Both the position numbers and the translations under genes were made by a program. Under the pieces are notes generated by a model. The model saw only the letters and a list, made by a program, of their open reading frames with translations. It was not told the DNA's origin and searched no databases. DNA of 63,818 nt from Malacoraja senta (Eukaryota), in assembly GCA_038087875.1 (NCBI GenBank), contig CM075993.1, forward strand, positions 7,628,183 through 7,692,000. The letters are read 5' to 3'. Shown here in pieces: positions 37,901 through 49,900 of the stretch (the stretch's first letter is position 1; every line of letters begins with the position of its first letter).

Positions 37901-40900
37901 ACAGGGAGAACGTACAAACTCCGTACATATGGGGCGTATCATTCCAATTGTGCGGATGAGATGAGGTAAAATCTGGGGGCAGCTGATGTGAATGCGGGAG
38001 AATAAAATGAGATTAAAGCAGGATGAGTGTGAATGGGTGGTTATGGTCAGCAGGGAGGTGACGGGCCCAAGGTCCTCTGTCCGTGCAGCATCTCTCTATT
38101 AGCATGAGAGCTCAGCGTGGGTCCTCTGTTGCTGAGCAGAACTCCCAGGTGAATGCCTCTGAACATAAGAAGCAAGAGCTAGTGATCATGGCTCTGGGCT
38201 GCCCACCAGTGGGCATCTCTCCCTTTGATCCTCGGAGCTTAGATTCCACGATCTTGTCCTTCATCTCCGGGTTTCCTTCCTCCGCAGATTCGCCGCCTCC
38301 TGATGCCCACCATTCAGAAAACAAGCAGCAAGTTTTACAACACTCGCGTGGACTGGCTGAAAGACCAACTACTGAAGGTACGGTCTCCACTTAATTCCTC
38401 ACCCTGTCTCTTAGTTTTGTTTAGTGATGCTGCGCGGAAACAGGCCCTTCGGCCCACCGTGTCCTCACAGACCAGCGATCCCCGCACACTAACATTATCC
38501 TACACGGGAAGGGACAATGTTTACATTTATACCAAGCCAATTTTCCTACAAACCTGCACGTCTTTGGAGTGGGGAAGGAAACCGAAGATCTGGGTGAAAA
38601 CCCACGCTGGTCCCGGGGAGAACGTACAAACTCCGTACAGACAGCGCCCGTAGTCGGTTTCGAACCTGGGTCTCCGGCGCTGTAAGGCAGCAACTCTACC
38701 GCTGCGCCACCGTGCTGCCGTTCTTGCCCTGTAATTATTTGTAAAATGCGTTGCTGTATCGTGGACTGGAGTCGTTCATGTCCTGGATGGGTTCACGGTC
38801 TATGTCAGGTCATCCATCAATGCTACCTTTGTATGGTGGTCTTGCCCAGGATAGGACAGGAGTGGGGGATGGACACACTGTTGCAGGAGGGGTCAGTCAG
38901 CTTATTCTGTGGGCAGCTGAATCCTTCAGTTGAGGGGACTCCTCTCAAACCCCAGGGAGCCACGTGAGGGGCAAGAGTGTCTTCTTTAAAGCTGGGTGCG
39001 AGCATTATTGAATGTGTAAACAAGGAACTCCAGGTGGCGGTTTACAAAAAAAGACACAAAGTGCTGGAGTAACTCAGCGGGTCAGGTGGCATCTCTGGAG
39101 ATAAAGGATAGGTGACATTTCACATTGTATCCTTTATCTCCAGAGATGCTGCCTGACCCGCTGAGTTCCTCCAGCACTTTGTGTCTGTCTTTGGCATAAA
39201 CCAGCATCTGCAGTTCCTTGTTTATATTGTAAGTCAGGGGAGATGGGGGGAGAAGGGGTGGTTTCACCTGTGCTCCAGACCCTGGTGTGTATATAGTGGG
39301 GGGAGGGGGCTTGGCTGTGGGCTATCGGCAGAGGTTCACCACGTAATAGCCGGGCCGTCGGCATGCTCCCCTTGCGGTGTGGGCTGTGCCAGACCAGCGC
39401 CGAGCTCCCAGTTCCTCAATGAGGGGCAGAGAGCATCGTTACAACAGACCTAGCGAAACAAAAATAGTGTGCTGGAGGAACTCAGCGGGTCAGGCAGTGG
39501 GTCTAGTCCGTGCATTGAGAGGGGGGAGCGGGCCAGTATAAAGAAGGGGGGGGGGTTGGAGGAGTCAGGGGCGGAGGGGGGGCAGGTGGAACCAGGTGAG
39601 GATGGGGCAGGGAGACAGGTGGTGGTGGTGGTGGGTGGCTGGTACAGGCGAACAAGAGAGGGAAAGGGGACAGATTGTGTCGGTGATCCCCGGGACCCGC
39701 CCCAATGACCACTCGGGCCTGTTTCCATTCCCAGGGCACGGATCCGATCCGGAAAATCTTCTCCCGGAAGCTGGCGCCAACGTCGGCTGCCCTCTCCGTC
39801 ATCTTCTTCAGCATCTCCTTCGGGTGAGTTACAGCAGGACAGGCCCCCCCCCCATCCCCCTCCCTCTCCCCTGCAACCCTGTACACTCTCCACCCCCTCA
39901 GACCCAGGCCTGAACCCCATTCCCCCCCAAACCCACTCCATCGCTCCCCCACCCTCTCCACACTGTGTTATATACTTCTCTCCGATTGCCCCATCAGTTC
40001 AGGACAGGGACTTGACCTGGGGGTGTGAAGTTACTGAAGTGAGATGGGGCAGAGGGGGGAGAAGCGGCCGGTGAAGGTAAATCGTGCCCGGGGGGTGGGG
40101 GGGGGGGAGGGGAGGGGTTTGTGACCTTGTCACCCTCCAGTAAGGAGGCGTTGGGAGAGACACAAAGCTGAAATCTCACGGTGAGCGGGAATAAGTTTGC
40201 TTTCACATTCCTCACAGAAACGTGATTAGGAATTAGATTAAATATATACTCTGACCTGGGTGTCAAATTCTGCACTGGGTTGTCCGATGTTAACTGTAGA
40301 AGCCAGACAATATAAGTTCAAATCCATCTGCAATGCAGAGAGTTTGTGAATCATCAAGCGATGATTCTGCCCGGCCAGTCTGTGCTGCCCATCAACTAAC
40401 TACTCACTTACATTCTGTACGACACAACTTTATTTATCCCATTGATCTGCCAACAGTCATAAAACCACGAAATACATGAGATTAAAGTGACGAGTGGAAA
40501 GGCTTGGGGAATGTGCAAAGATTGGGGAGGGGGAGGTCAGTCTGAGTCTACCCCACGACAGAATGGGGAGGAGTTGTAACGTTTGATCGCCACAGGGAAG
40601 AAGGATCTCCTGTGGCGTTCTGTCAGCAGATCACTGGTCCGAGAAAAGTGTCCTGTCCCTAAACGTTACCTATCCACCTTCTCCACAGATGCTGCCAGAC
40701 CCGCTGAGTTTGTTGCTTACACTAATCCTACGTTAATCCCATAATTCCCGCATCCATTCCCGGGTCTCTGGCACTGCGTGGCAGCAGCTCTACCGGGTTC
40801 AAACCCGTGCTGTCTGTGTGGAGTTTGTACGTTCGCCCTATAGATTTCTTCTGGGTGCTCCGGTGTTATCCCACATCCCATAGACAGAAGGGTTTCTAGG

Positions 40901-43900
40901 TTTATTGGCCTCTGGAAGTTGCTCCTAGTGTGCAGGGAGTGGGTGTGAAAGTGGGATAACACAGAGCTAGTGTTAACGAGCGATCAATGGTCAGCGTGGA
41001 CTAGTTGGGCCGAAGGCAGTGTCTTTAAAATCTCTAAACTAATGCCCATACACCATTTTGGTGTGGACCTTTCTTCAGACCTCCTTTAATCAGAGGATGG
41101 TACATCTGTGGAATTCTTTGCCACAGAAGGCTGTGGAGGCCATCAGTGGGTATTAAGGCAGAGATAGATAGATTCTTGATTAGTACAGGTGTCAGAGGTT
41201 ATGGGGAGAAGGCAGGAGAATGGGGTTAGGAGGGAGAGATTGAATGGCAGAGTAAACTTGATGGGCCGAACAGCCTAATTCCTATTCCTTATGACCTTAA
41301 TTGTAGCTACTCCAGCAGTTATTCCTTATGACCTTAATTGTAGCTACTCCAGCATGTGATTTTATGCATGATCCCAGCATTTGCATTTTATTGCAAATGG
41401 CAACCTTGGTCTTGAATGGCAACTTGAAGAAAGTGCCCAATATTTCAAGAGTCTCTAGACACCCCGAGGTTACAAATAGCATTCCCTCTCTGACTTGGAG
41501 ACCCGTCTCCCTCCCCTTCCACCCTCTTCTCCGCCCCCGTCTGCAGGTTTTATGGTTTGTGGATGTGGTTTCCCGAGCTGCTGAAACGCATTGAGATCAC
41601 TGGTGGATCGGCTTGTTCGAGCAACTGGTCCAGCCCAAGTGGCCAAGGCACAGAAAACGTCACCTGCTACCCAGTCAGAACTGCAGGTACGTGTTGGTCA
41701 GTTTGCTGAGAGCTCTTTGTTCCAGACGATGACAGTGTGCGTCTGAACTCATGGGGAAAAGGAAATAGGCAACGTTTCGGGCCGAATCCCGAAGGGGTTC
41801 GGCCCGAAACGTTGCCTATTTCCTTCGCTCCATAGATGCTGCTGCACCTGCTGAGTTTCTCCAGCACTTTTGTCTACCTTCAATTTTCCAGCATCTGCAG
41901 TTCCTTCTTAAACCCATGGGGAAAAGGAAGATCTTTTAAATTATATATAGTTTCCAGGTCATTCATAAATGGGCTCTTTGGCCCATCATGTCGATGCTAT
42001 TCATCAACTCTAACCATCGAAGCTGATCCTATCATGCCTGTACTTTGTTCATGAGACATAAGAGCAGAACTAGGCCTCTGGTCCTCGACTCTTCCATTTC
42101 ACATGCTTTACCTCAGCTCCACTCTATCTCAGCCTTTCGTTATCCAGTAGACACAAAGAGCCAGAGTAACTCAGCGGGACAGGCAGCGTCTCTGGAGAGA
42201 AGGAATAGGTGACGTTTCTGGTCGAGACAAGCGAGTACAGGCCCAGAGCCTTCAAAAGCTCCTCATACATTAACCCAATCCTCCTCTGGACCCTCTCCAA
42301 TCCAGCACATCCTTCCTCAGATATGGGGCCCAAAACTGCCGACAATATTCCAAATACGGCCTCTCCAGCACCTTAAAGGTGCCTCAGTATTCTAGCTCCA
42401 TCAAAATTAATTCCAGCATTTCATTTTCCTTCCTTTCTGCTGACTCAACCTGCAAATTAGCCTTTTGGGAATCCTGCACCAGCCTCAGATTCCTAAATCC
42501 TCTTCCCATTTGGAAGTGGTCTACACTTTTATTCCCAACCATACACTTTGCTGTGCTGTATTCCAGTTGCCACTTCTTTGCTAACTCCCCCAACCTGTCC
42601 CAGTTGTTTTGCAGCCTCCCTGCTTGCCCCACACAACCTGCCCATCACCTATCTTCATCTCATCCACAAAACTATCAAAAAGTCCATAATCGTCAGTGCC
42701 CAGGCAATCCATTGGTCGAGTCTGTCTCCACCATCCCTATGAGATGTGTTTTTAACACCAACCATTCCTCAGGGTGAAAAGGTTCTTCCTTAGAACTCCT
42801 CCAAGACTATCGTTCCTTTCCTTACACCTATGCCATCTAGCTTGACACAACGTTGCTATGGGAAGAGGCTTTTTGATGATCTAAGCCCTTCCGTTTTGTC
42901 AGTTCTCAGCTTCTCCACTCCAAGGAAAGCAAACACAGCCTCTCTACTCCCCCTAACCGAGGCATTTCATGCCAGGTGAATCTCCTCTGCACCCTCATCA
43001 GCTCAATTGTGTCCTCCCTAGAGTGTGGAGACCAGAACAGGTCGTTCTTGGTTCCAGGCAGGGTTCTGTCACCGTGACCTGTTCCTATCCCGAACAGTTC
43101 GTAAACCGGAACCAAGGTCTCGCACAGCTGAAGATGCATACAGCCCCACAATAGCCAATACATCCATCCCACTTGTCTCACAAGCACTCGATCCTGTGCA
43201 CAGGCTTACCTAAGGCATGCATGCACAAGCTGGGGACTGCCTGTATTCCAGCTATGGCCTACTGATCCTACTCGTATTCAACGCCCCAACTTGTCTCGCC
43301 ATGCCTTCATCACCTTTTCCATCCGTGCAGACTTCCACACCAAGGTCCCTCTCTACTTATTTTTAAAATTGCATTTTGTCTCCTACCTTTTCACCCGAAT
43401 TATTCAGCATGACAACTGGAAATTAGTGAAATATATTAAAATATACAAAATGTATTAAAATATCCCATAATTATTGGTGCATTGGACTGCCTACAGTAAT
43501 AACATGAGGATTGCTGCATTTAACTGTCGGGATTTCATCCCATTGTTGACAAGAATCAAAGTGTTTGTAGACAGTCGGGGATTGGAGCTGAGAACGGAAA
43601 TAGTTTTTGGTGCAGGAAAGTCGTTCCCTGTTGCCATTTCCCCTTTGATGGTGCACTGTGATAATGAAATACCAGTTCAATCATTGATCAATTGCAGACT
43701 CAATACAGTCCTCGTGTCATAAGTGATAGGAGCAGAATTAGGCCATTCGGCCCATCAAGTTTACTCCGCCATTCAATCATTGCTGATCTATCTCTCTTTC
43801 CTAACCCCATTCTCTTGCCTTCTTCCCACAACTCGACTCTCATACTAATCAAGAATCTATCTCTGCCTTAAATATCCATAGACTTGGCCTCCACAGCCTT

Positions 43901-46900
43901 CTGCGGCAAAGAATTCCAGATTTACCACACTCTGACTGAATAAATTCCTTCTCATCTTCTTAAAGGAAGATACTTTAATTTTGAGGCTATGACCTCTAGT
44001 CCTAGACTCTCCCACTAGTGGAAGCATTCACTCCACATCCAGTCTATCCAAGCCTTTCACTATTCGGTACGTTTCAATGAGGTCCCCCCTCATTCTGTTA
44101 AACTCCAGCGAGTACAGGCCCAGTGCCGTCAAACGCTCATCATATGTTAACTCACTCATTCCATTCCTTTCTCCAGTTTAGATCAGAGTTCACAATAAGC
44201 ATTTGGGTGTGTTCCAGCCTAGTTTATAAATACAGACCAGATTATTCTGGGATATTGTACATAGACCAATCTCCCTATTAACAAAGGGAGATGAGAATTG
44301 TGATGTGAAAATAGGTACAGCAGCAGATACTGTAAACCTTTTGACTCTCCCACCAATTCTACACGTCAAATTCTGACAATCGCCTTCTGGCAAAGATACA
44401 GTAAATCAAAGCAAACCATGCCCGAGTTGACTTTGTTTTCAGCTGTAACTGAAGTCATCCATCCAACAACCTCCTGGGAAGAGAGATACAGTGTGGAAAC
44501 AGGCCCATCAGCCCAGCTTCTGCCCACTGAACAACATGTCCCAGCTACACTGGTCCCACTTGCCTGCATTTGGCCCAAATCCCTCCAAACCTATCCTATC
44601 CATGTACCTGTCTAAATATTTCTTAAAAGTTGTGACAGTACCTGTGCAAGTGGTTAAGAAGTTGTGTTTCCATTTTAAATAGCATGTTCATTTCAGACTG
44701 CCTTCAAGCAAAAATAGTGTTATTGGCATTTATGGATCTGTATTTGGAAAGGCTGTCTCCAACTATACTAGTTCAACTGCTTTAGGACAATCCTTGCATC
44801 TTTGTCAATTAGACACTCCTGCTTTCAAACCCTTTACTTGCCAAGCTGAAGAGATAATCAAACAAGCGCACATTTTAAAAGTTAATTTATCTGCTTTCTC
44901 ACCCTGCTGTTTGTCAAGTTTAAAATATATTTCTCTTCTGTGTAGTTTACAAAGAAGGATTCATTTTAGCAGCTGCCAATCTTCCTGGAAATATCTTCTC
45001 CATACTAATGATGGATGTGCTGGGAGGAAAACTCTTGCTGTGTGAGTAACACTCCATCTTATAAAGGGGATTGAGAATGGGCACAAGACGCTGCATAAAG
45101 GGCCTGTCCCACTTACGTGTCCTTGGCACGCAAATTACACGACATTGCATAATTTGCGAGCCAAGGACCCATAAGTGGGACAGGCCCTTAACACTGCATG
45201 CAGCCCTGTATGTACGAAGCTCATCACAAAACTGTCTTTCAGTGGGTCATTGTTGTTATACAGGATGCAGTAGCCAATTTGTGAACAGCAGCAATATTAA
45301 TTAGAAAGCAATCAATCTGCATTGTTAGTTGGGGGTAAACATTGTCCAGAGAATGTCTTACTTATACCGATGAACGATTTTGATATTCACTGGATTATAT
45401 CTCTGCTTGAAAGGGTCTAAACGATATGATAGAACTTTTATCCCAGGAGGGAAATTGATATGCCCACAGCCATAAAAAACACAAAATACATGAAATTAAA
45501 GTGACGAGTGGAAAGGATTGGGGATGTGCAAAGATTGGAGATGGAAGTCAGTCTCAGTCTACCCCACGACAGAAGGGGGAGGAGTTGCACAGTTGGATAG
45601 CCACAGGGAAGAAGGATCTCCTGTGGCGTTCTGTGCTGCATCTTGGTCCAACCAGTCTGTGACTGAAGGTGCTCCTCAGGTTGACCAGTGTGTCATGGAG
45701 GGGTTGAGCTGCATTGTCCAGGATGCTCCGCAGTTTGAGGAGCATCCTCCCCTCCAAGACCAACCTCCCGTGAATCCAACTCCGCGGCCTTTGCCCTGCT
45801 GCCCCAGCACGTGGCAGCGAAGATGATGGCACTGGCTACCACCGATTGGTAGAACATCTGCAGCATCTTACTGCAGACGTTAAAGTAGCGGAGCCTTCTC
45901 AAAAAGTACAGCCGGCTCTGTCCCTTCTTGTGCAGGGCCTCAGCGTTCTTGGACCAGTCCAGTTTACTGTCCAGGTGCACGCCAAGGTATTTGTACGCCT
46001 TGGTAAACTGCACATCCACACCATTGACAGAGACAGAGGTGTTCCTCTCCTCCTAAAGTACACCATCAATTCCACAATGATTAATAGCAATAATACTGCA
46101 CCCCTTCAGCAAACTCCTAGCCTGCAGCTGTGCACTCAAAGCAGGTTTGAATTTACAACTTGCCAAGTAATATGAACTGACAGTACACAAGAACTATCCC
46201 ACTCACATTTTCAATGCAATAGTTGAACAAATTGGCTTTATAGATGTTCTAAAGAGATTTCAGGGGATTTGGCAGCTGAATGGCCACTAATGTTGGAGGA
46301 TTTTAAATTGAGATGTTCTGCAACTGGAGGGTGATTGGTCAGACTACAGCAATGGAGGAGAGGCCAAGACGACATTTGGATAAAGGATCTTGAAATATAG
46401 GGACTTCCTTAGTAGGTCAATCCGGAATGCATGCTTTATCACAATGACATGTCACAGCAAAATTCTTTACCCAAGGTATGCAAATAGTTGCCTATTAAGG
46501 GCACTTACAAAGTACCACTGCGCCAGCCCCCCACCCTTGTTTCTCTGCCCCTCACAGCGCCACCCTGACGCCGGGTCCTCCATTGTTCCGTCCCCAGCAC
46601 CAGCATCCTCACTCCCACATGGTCCGGTCTCATCGACCGCTGCACTGACCTCTCCACGAGCATGGCCGTGTCCTCTCTGGACGCCAGCCCTGGCCAGAGC
46701 AATAAGCAGAGGCGACGCTAAACCTGACAAGAGTTTGGATAACAAGTTTGCTGCTAGCTAGGAACAAGTTTTATAGAGGTCTTTTCCCCTTAGAATGTGC
46801 TGTGTACCCTTACAGAATGGAAGGGTGAAGGTTATTTTTTGCACTCTAATGTATAGAGGATCCAATCACAATGCAATATTAATGGAGATAAAATTAGTGA

Positions 46901-49900
46901 ATGATTTCCAACATGTAATGCTTGTGAGAAATTTACTGCCAAGCAGAATGGTTTGAATTGGATTTGTTTTTCCCCCAATCAGTAATATTTTAAATGTTTT
47001 ATCTCCTAGGCGCAAGTCTGTTTCTTTCAGGCCTCAGTGTGTTCTTCATCTGGGAAGTGAAGACAAAAATCCAGAGCTTGGTCATGTCATGTCTATTCAG
47101 TGCCATCTCAGTGGTTTCCTGGAACTCACTTGACGTCGTCAGCATGGAGCTCTATCCTACTAACTTGAGGTAGGTTAGTGTCAGGTGGGAGAACTGTCCC
47201 TCGTCATTCTCTGTGTAGGAAGGAACTGCAGATGCTGGTTTAAACCAAAGAGACAAAAAGCTGGAGTAAATCAGTGGGACAGGCAGCATCTCTGGGGAGA
47301 AGGAATGAGTGACATTTCAGGTCAAGACCCTTCTGCAGACTAGTCAGGGGAAGGGGAATTTGAGATAGATGTAGAGATAAAGAGCAATGAATGAAAGATA
47401 TGGAAATAAAGTTACTTCATTCCCTCCCCCACCCAAGTTGCACCAGCTTCTTGTTTTCACCCAACAGCTAACAATGGCCTGTTTCCTTTATCATCATAAC
47501 TTTTTTGCATATCTTTTTTTCCATTGTTCTTTATCTCTCTACATCCTCATCCTATAACTAGCTTCACTGGATCATCCATGGGGGTTAGTTAATGGGAGAA
47601 ATTCAGATTTTAAAGAGGTAGTCTTCAAATCTTTCTGCTTATATGACAGGAAGCCTCAAAGGATTGAGAATTAATAAACAGGTACTGGTTGATGGGGGTA
47701 AGTTTGGACTCTTTCACTGATGCATTAGTCCTTCAAACAGCTTTTGGTAGATTTAATCCAGAGGGCTGTATAGATATATAAACTAACCAAGGCTACCCAC
47801 ATATGTAAGTGTGCAAGTTTTGAAGACAAGGAACTGCAGAAGCTGATTTACAAAAGAAGTATTGGGAATAAATCAGTGGATCGGGCAGCATTGCAGAACA
47901 TGGATAGGTGATATTGGGTCAGGACCCTTCAGACTGATTGGGGTGCTGGTTGGGGGGGTGAAGAAAGCTGGAAGGGCAGGATAAAACTTGGCAAGTGATA
48001 GGTGGATACAGTTAACTGTTTCTGATATGCAGATGATTGGACAAAGGCCAGAGATAAAAAGATAAGCAGTTACGAGACAAGGATAGAAGAGGTGAGAATT
48101 GTTAAGCTGCAGGAAGAAATATAGGTGGAAGGAGAAGGGAGACATGGCTGCAAGTCCAGGACAGGGCACAGGGAAGAGGGAGAAGGGGTGGAGTTTTGAA
48201 CCTCCCACTTATTGAAGAATGGAAGAAGAAGGTTTTCACCGTTTCCTCTGATCAATAATCTGTACTAATCTTTGGAGAAACAGTATCAATTAAATCACCA
48301 AGGATACAATTTTGCTTTAGGATTTACATTAGATCCTGTAAAAAGTTACTTCTGTTTTTCATAACACTCTCATAAAGTTAGGGTTCCACTTTGGTTTCAG
48401 CACTCACTCCACTGCAGAGAACAGCTTGTGCACATTTACAATCAGTTTAACAATCATTGTGAATTAGAAGTCAGTCACTAGAGCTTGCTCTGCCTTTCAA
48501 GATCAGCATATCAACATCTACAACATCATTCTGCATTCCTTCTCCACCCAGTACCTTTCACACCCCGACTTGAAAATCTAGCTTTGCCTGAAAGTATTCA
48601 GACTTTGTAACACTTCCTCACTGGGACATGGAAGCAAAGACTCAATCCTCAGTTTCATCTCATTTTAAATGGGCAACATTGCTTTTCACATCCACCCAGT
48701 CAAGGTCTATCTAGATCTTACATTTACATCTCCTTTAAACAGCACAAGTCCAACATGTCCAAGCTTCCCTCAACCTGTAACTTTCCCCTCTTTGCCATAG
48801 CACATGGATAAGTATTGGACTTGGCATGGATGATGTGTAGGATGGAACTGTCTGCAGATACTGGTTTAAGCTAAAGGTAGACTCAGCGGTCAGACAGCAT
48901 CTCTGGATAAAGGAATAGGTGACGTTTCAGGTCGAGACTCCTGTCTGAAGGGTCTTGACCGAAAACACCTATTCCTTTTCTCCAGAGATGCTGTCTGACC
49001 TGCTGAGTCATTTCAGCTTTGTGTCCATTTTTGGCTTGGGTGACAGCCCAAAGCACCCACGTGCTGTACAGCTCCAACTGCAATCTTCAACTCCAACCAA
49101 TTGGTAAATTCTTAACATTTTGCTCAATTGTAAATTTTAAAAAGTCCTGCTAAAATGACTAACATAAAACCTCAGATATTATGCTAATTAGCCGATCGAT
49201 GCCCACCAATCCCTCTATTTTGAATGGAGTTACATTTACTATTTTCCCAATTATATAAAATCTTTTCTAACTTGCGATTTTTGGAAAATTAAAACTAGCA
49301 CCATCTCACTGGTTACTGACCTGAAGGGCATCAGCCTGCAGCTCCAACAGCTTAATTTTAGAATTACTAAAGCAGCAACAATACAAAGATACACTGCCCT
49401 AACCTCTTCAATTTCACCCAAATACATAGTTTAATTCCCGTTTAATACCAGAAAAACAACTTGTCATGCAATATAACTTGCTGGGGAATGTGCACTTTCC
49501 CTGGTCTAATGAGTTAGGACCTCTGGTTGAAAACACGACTGAGCTAGCTGGCCAGTTTCTGCTCGTTTCCCCACTCTGATGTTAAGACTCCTTGGAGAGC
49601 AAACTTGCTCACTTTCCTATCACTTCCAATCGGGCAAGTTATCCCTAGGCTGCACTGGCAGCCATGTATAATTGCATCAAATCGATAGGTACACTAGTTC
49701 AAAATATGGACAAAAATTTGCTATATAGTAAACAATGTTTTTATACACAAGACATTAAGCAACTATAACACCCTCTATGTAAGAAAGTGACAGCAGCTAT
49801 TAGAGTGTTGTTTACAAATTAAACTTTAAAATTTGTCTTAACAGGTCATCTGCCTTTGGAGTGTTCAGTGGAATTAGCCGAATTGCATCAATTTTGGGAA

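Noticed and set aside
41283..41354. 37-bp tandem duplication
   Set aside because: Simple local duplication at a CR1 tail; no sign of function.
46430..46745. GC-rich segment with ORFs and an ATTTGCAT octamer
   Set aside because: Ends in a retroposon-type tail on the minus strand; most likely a repeat fragment.
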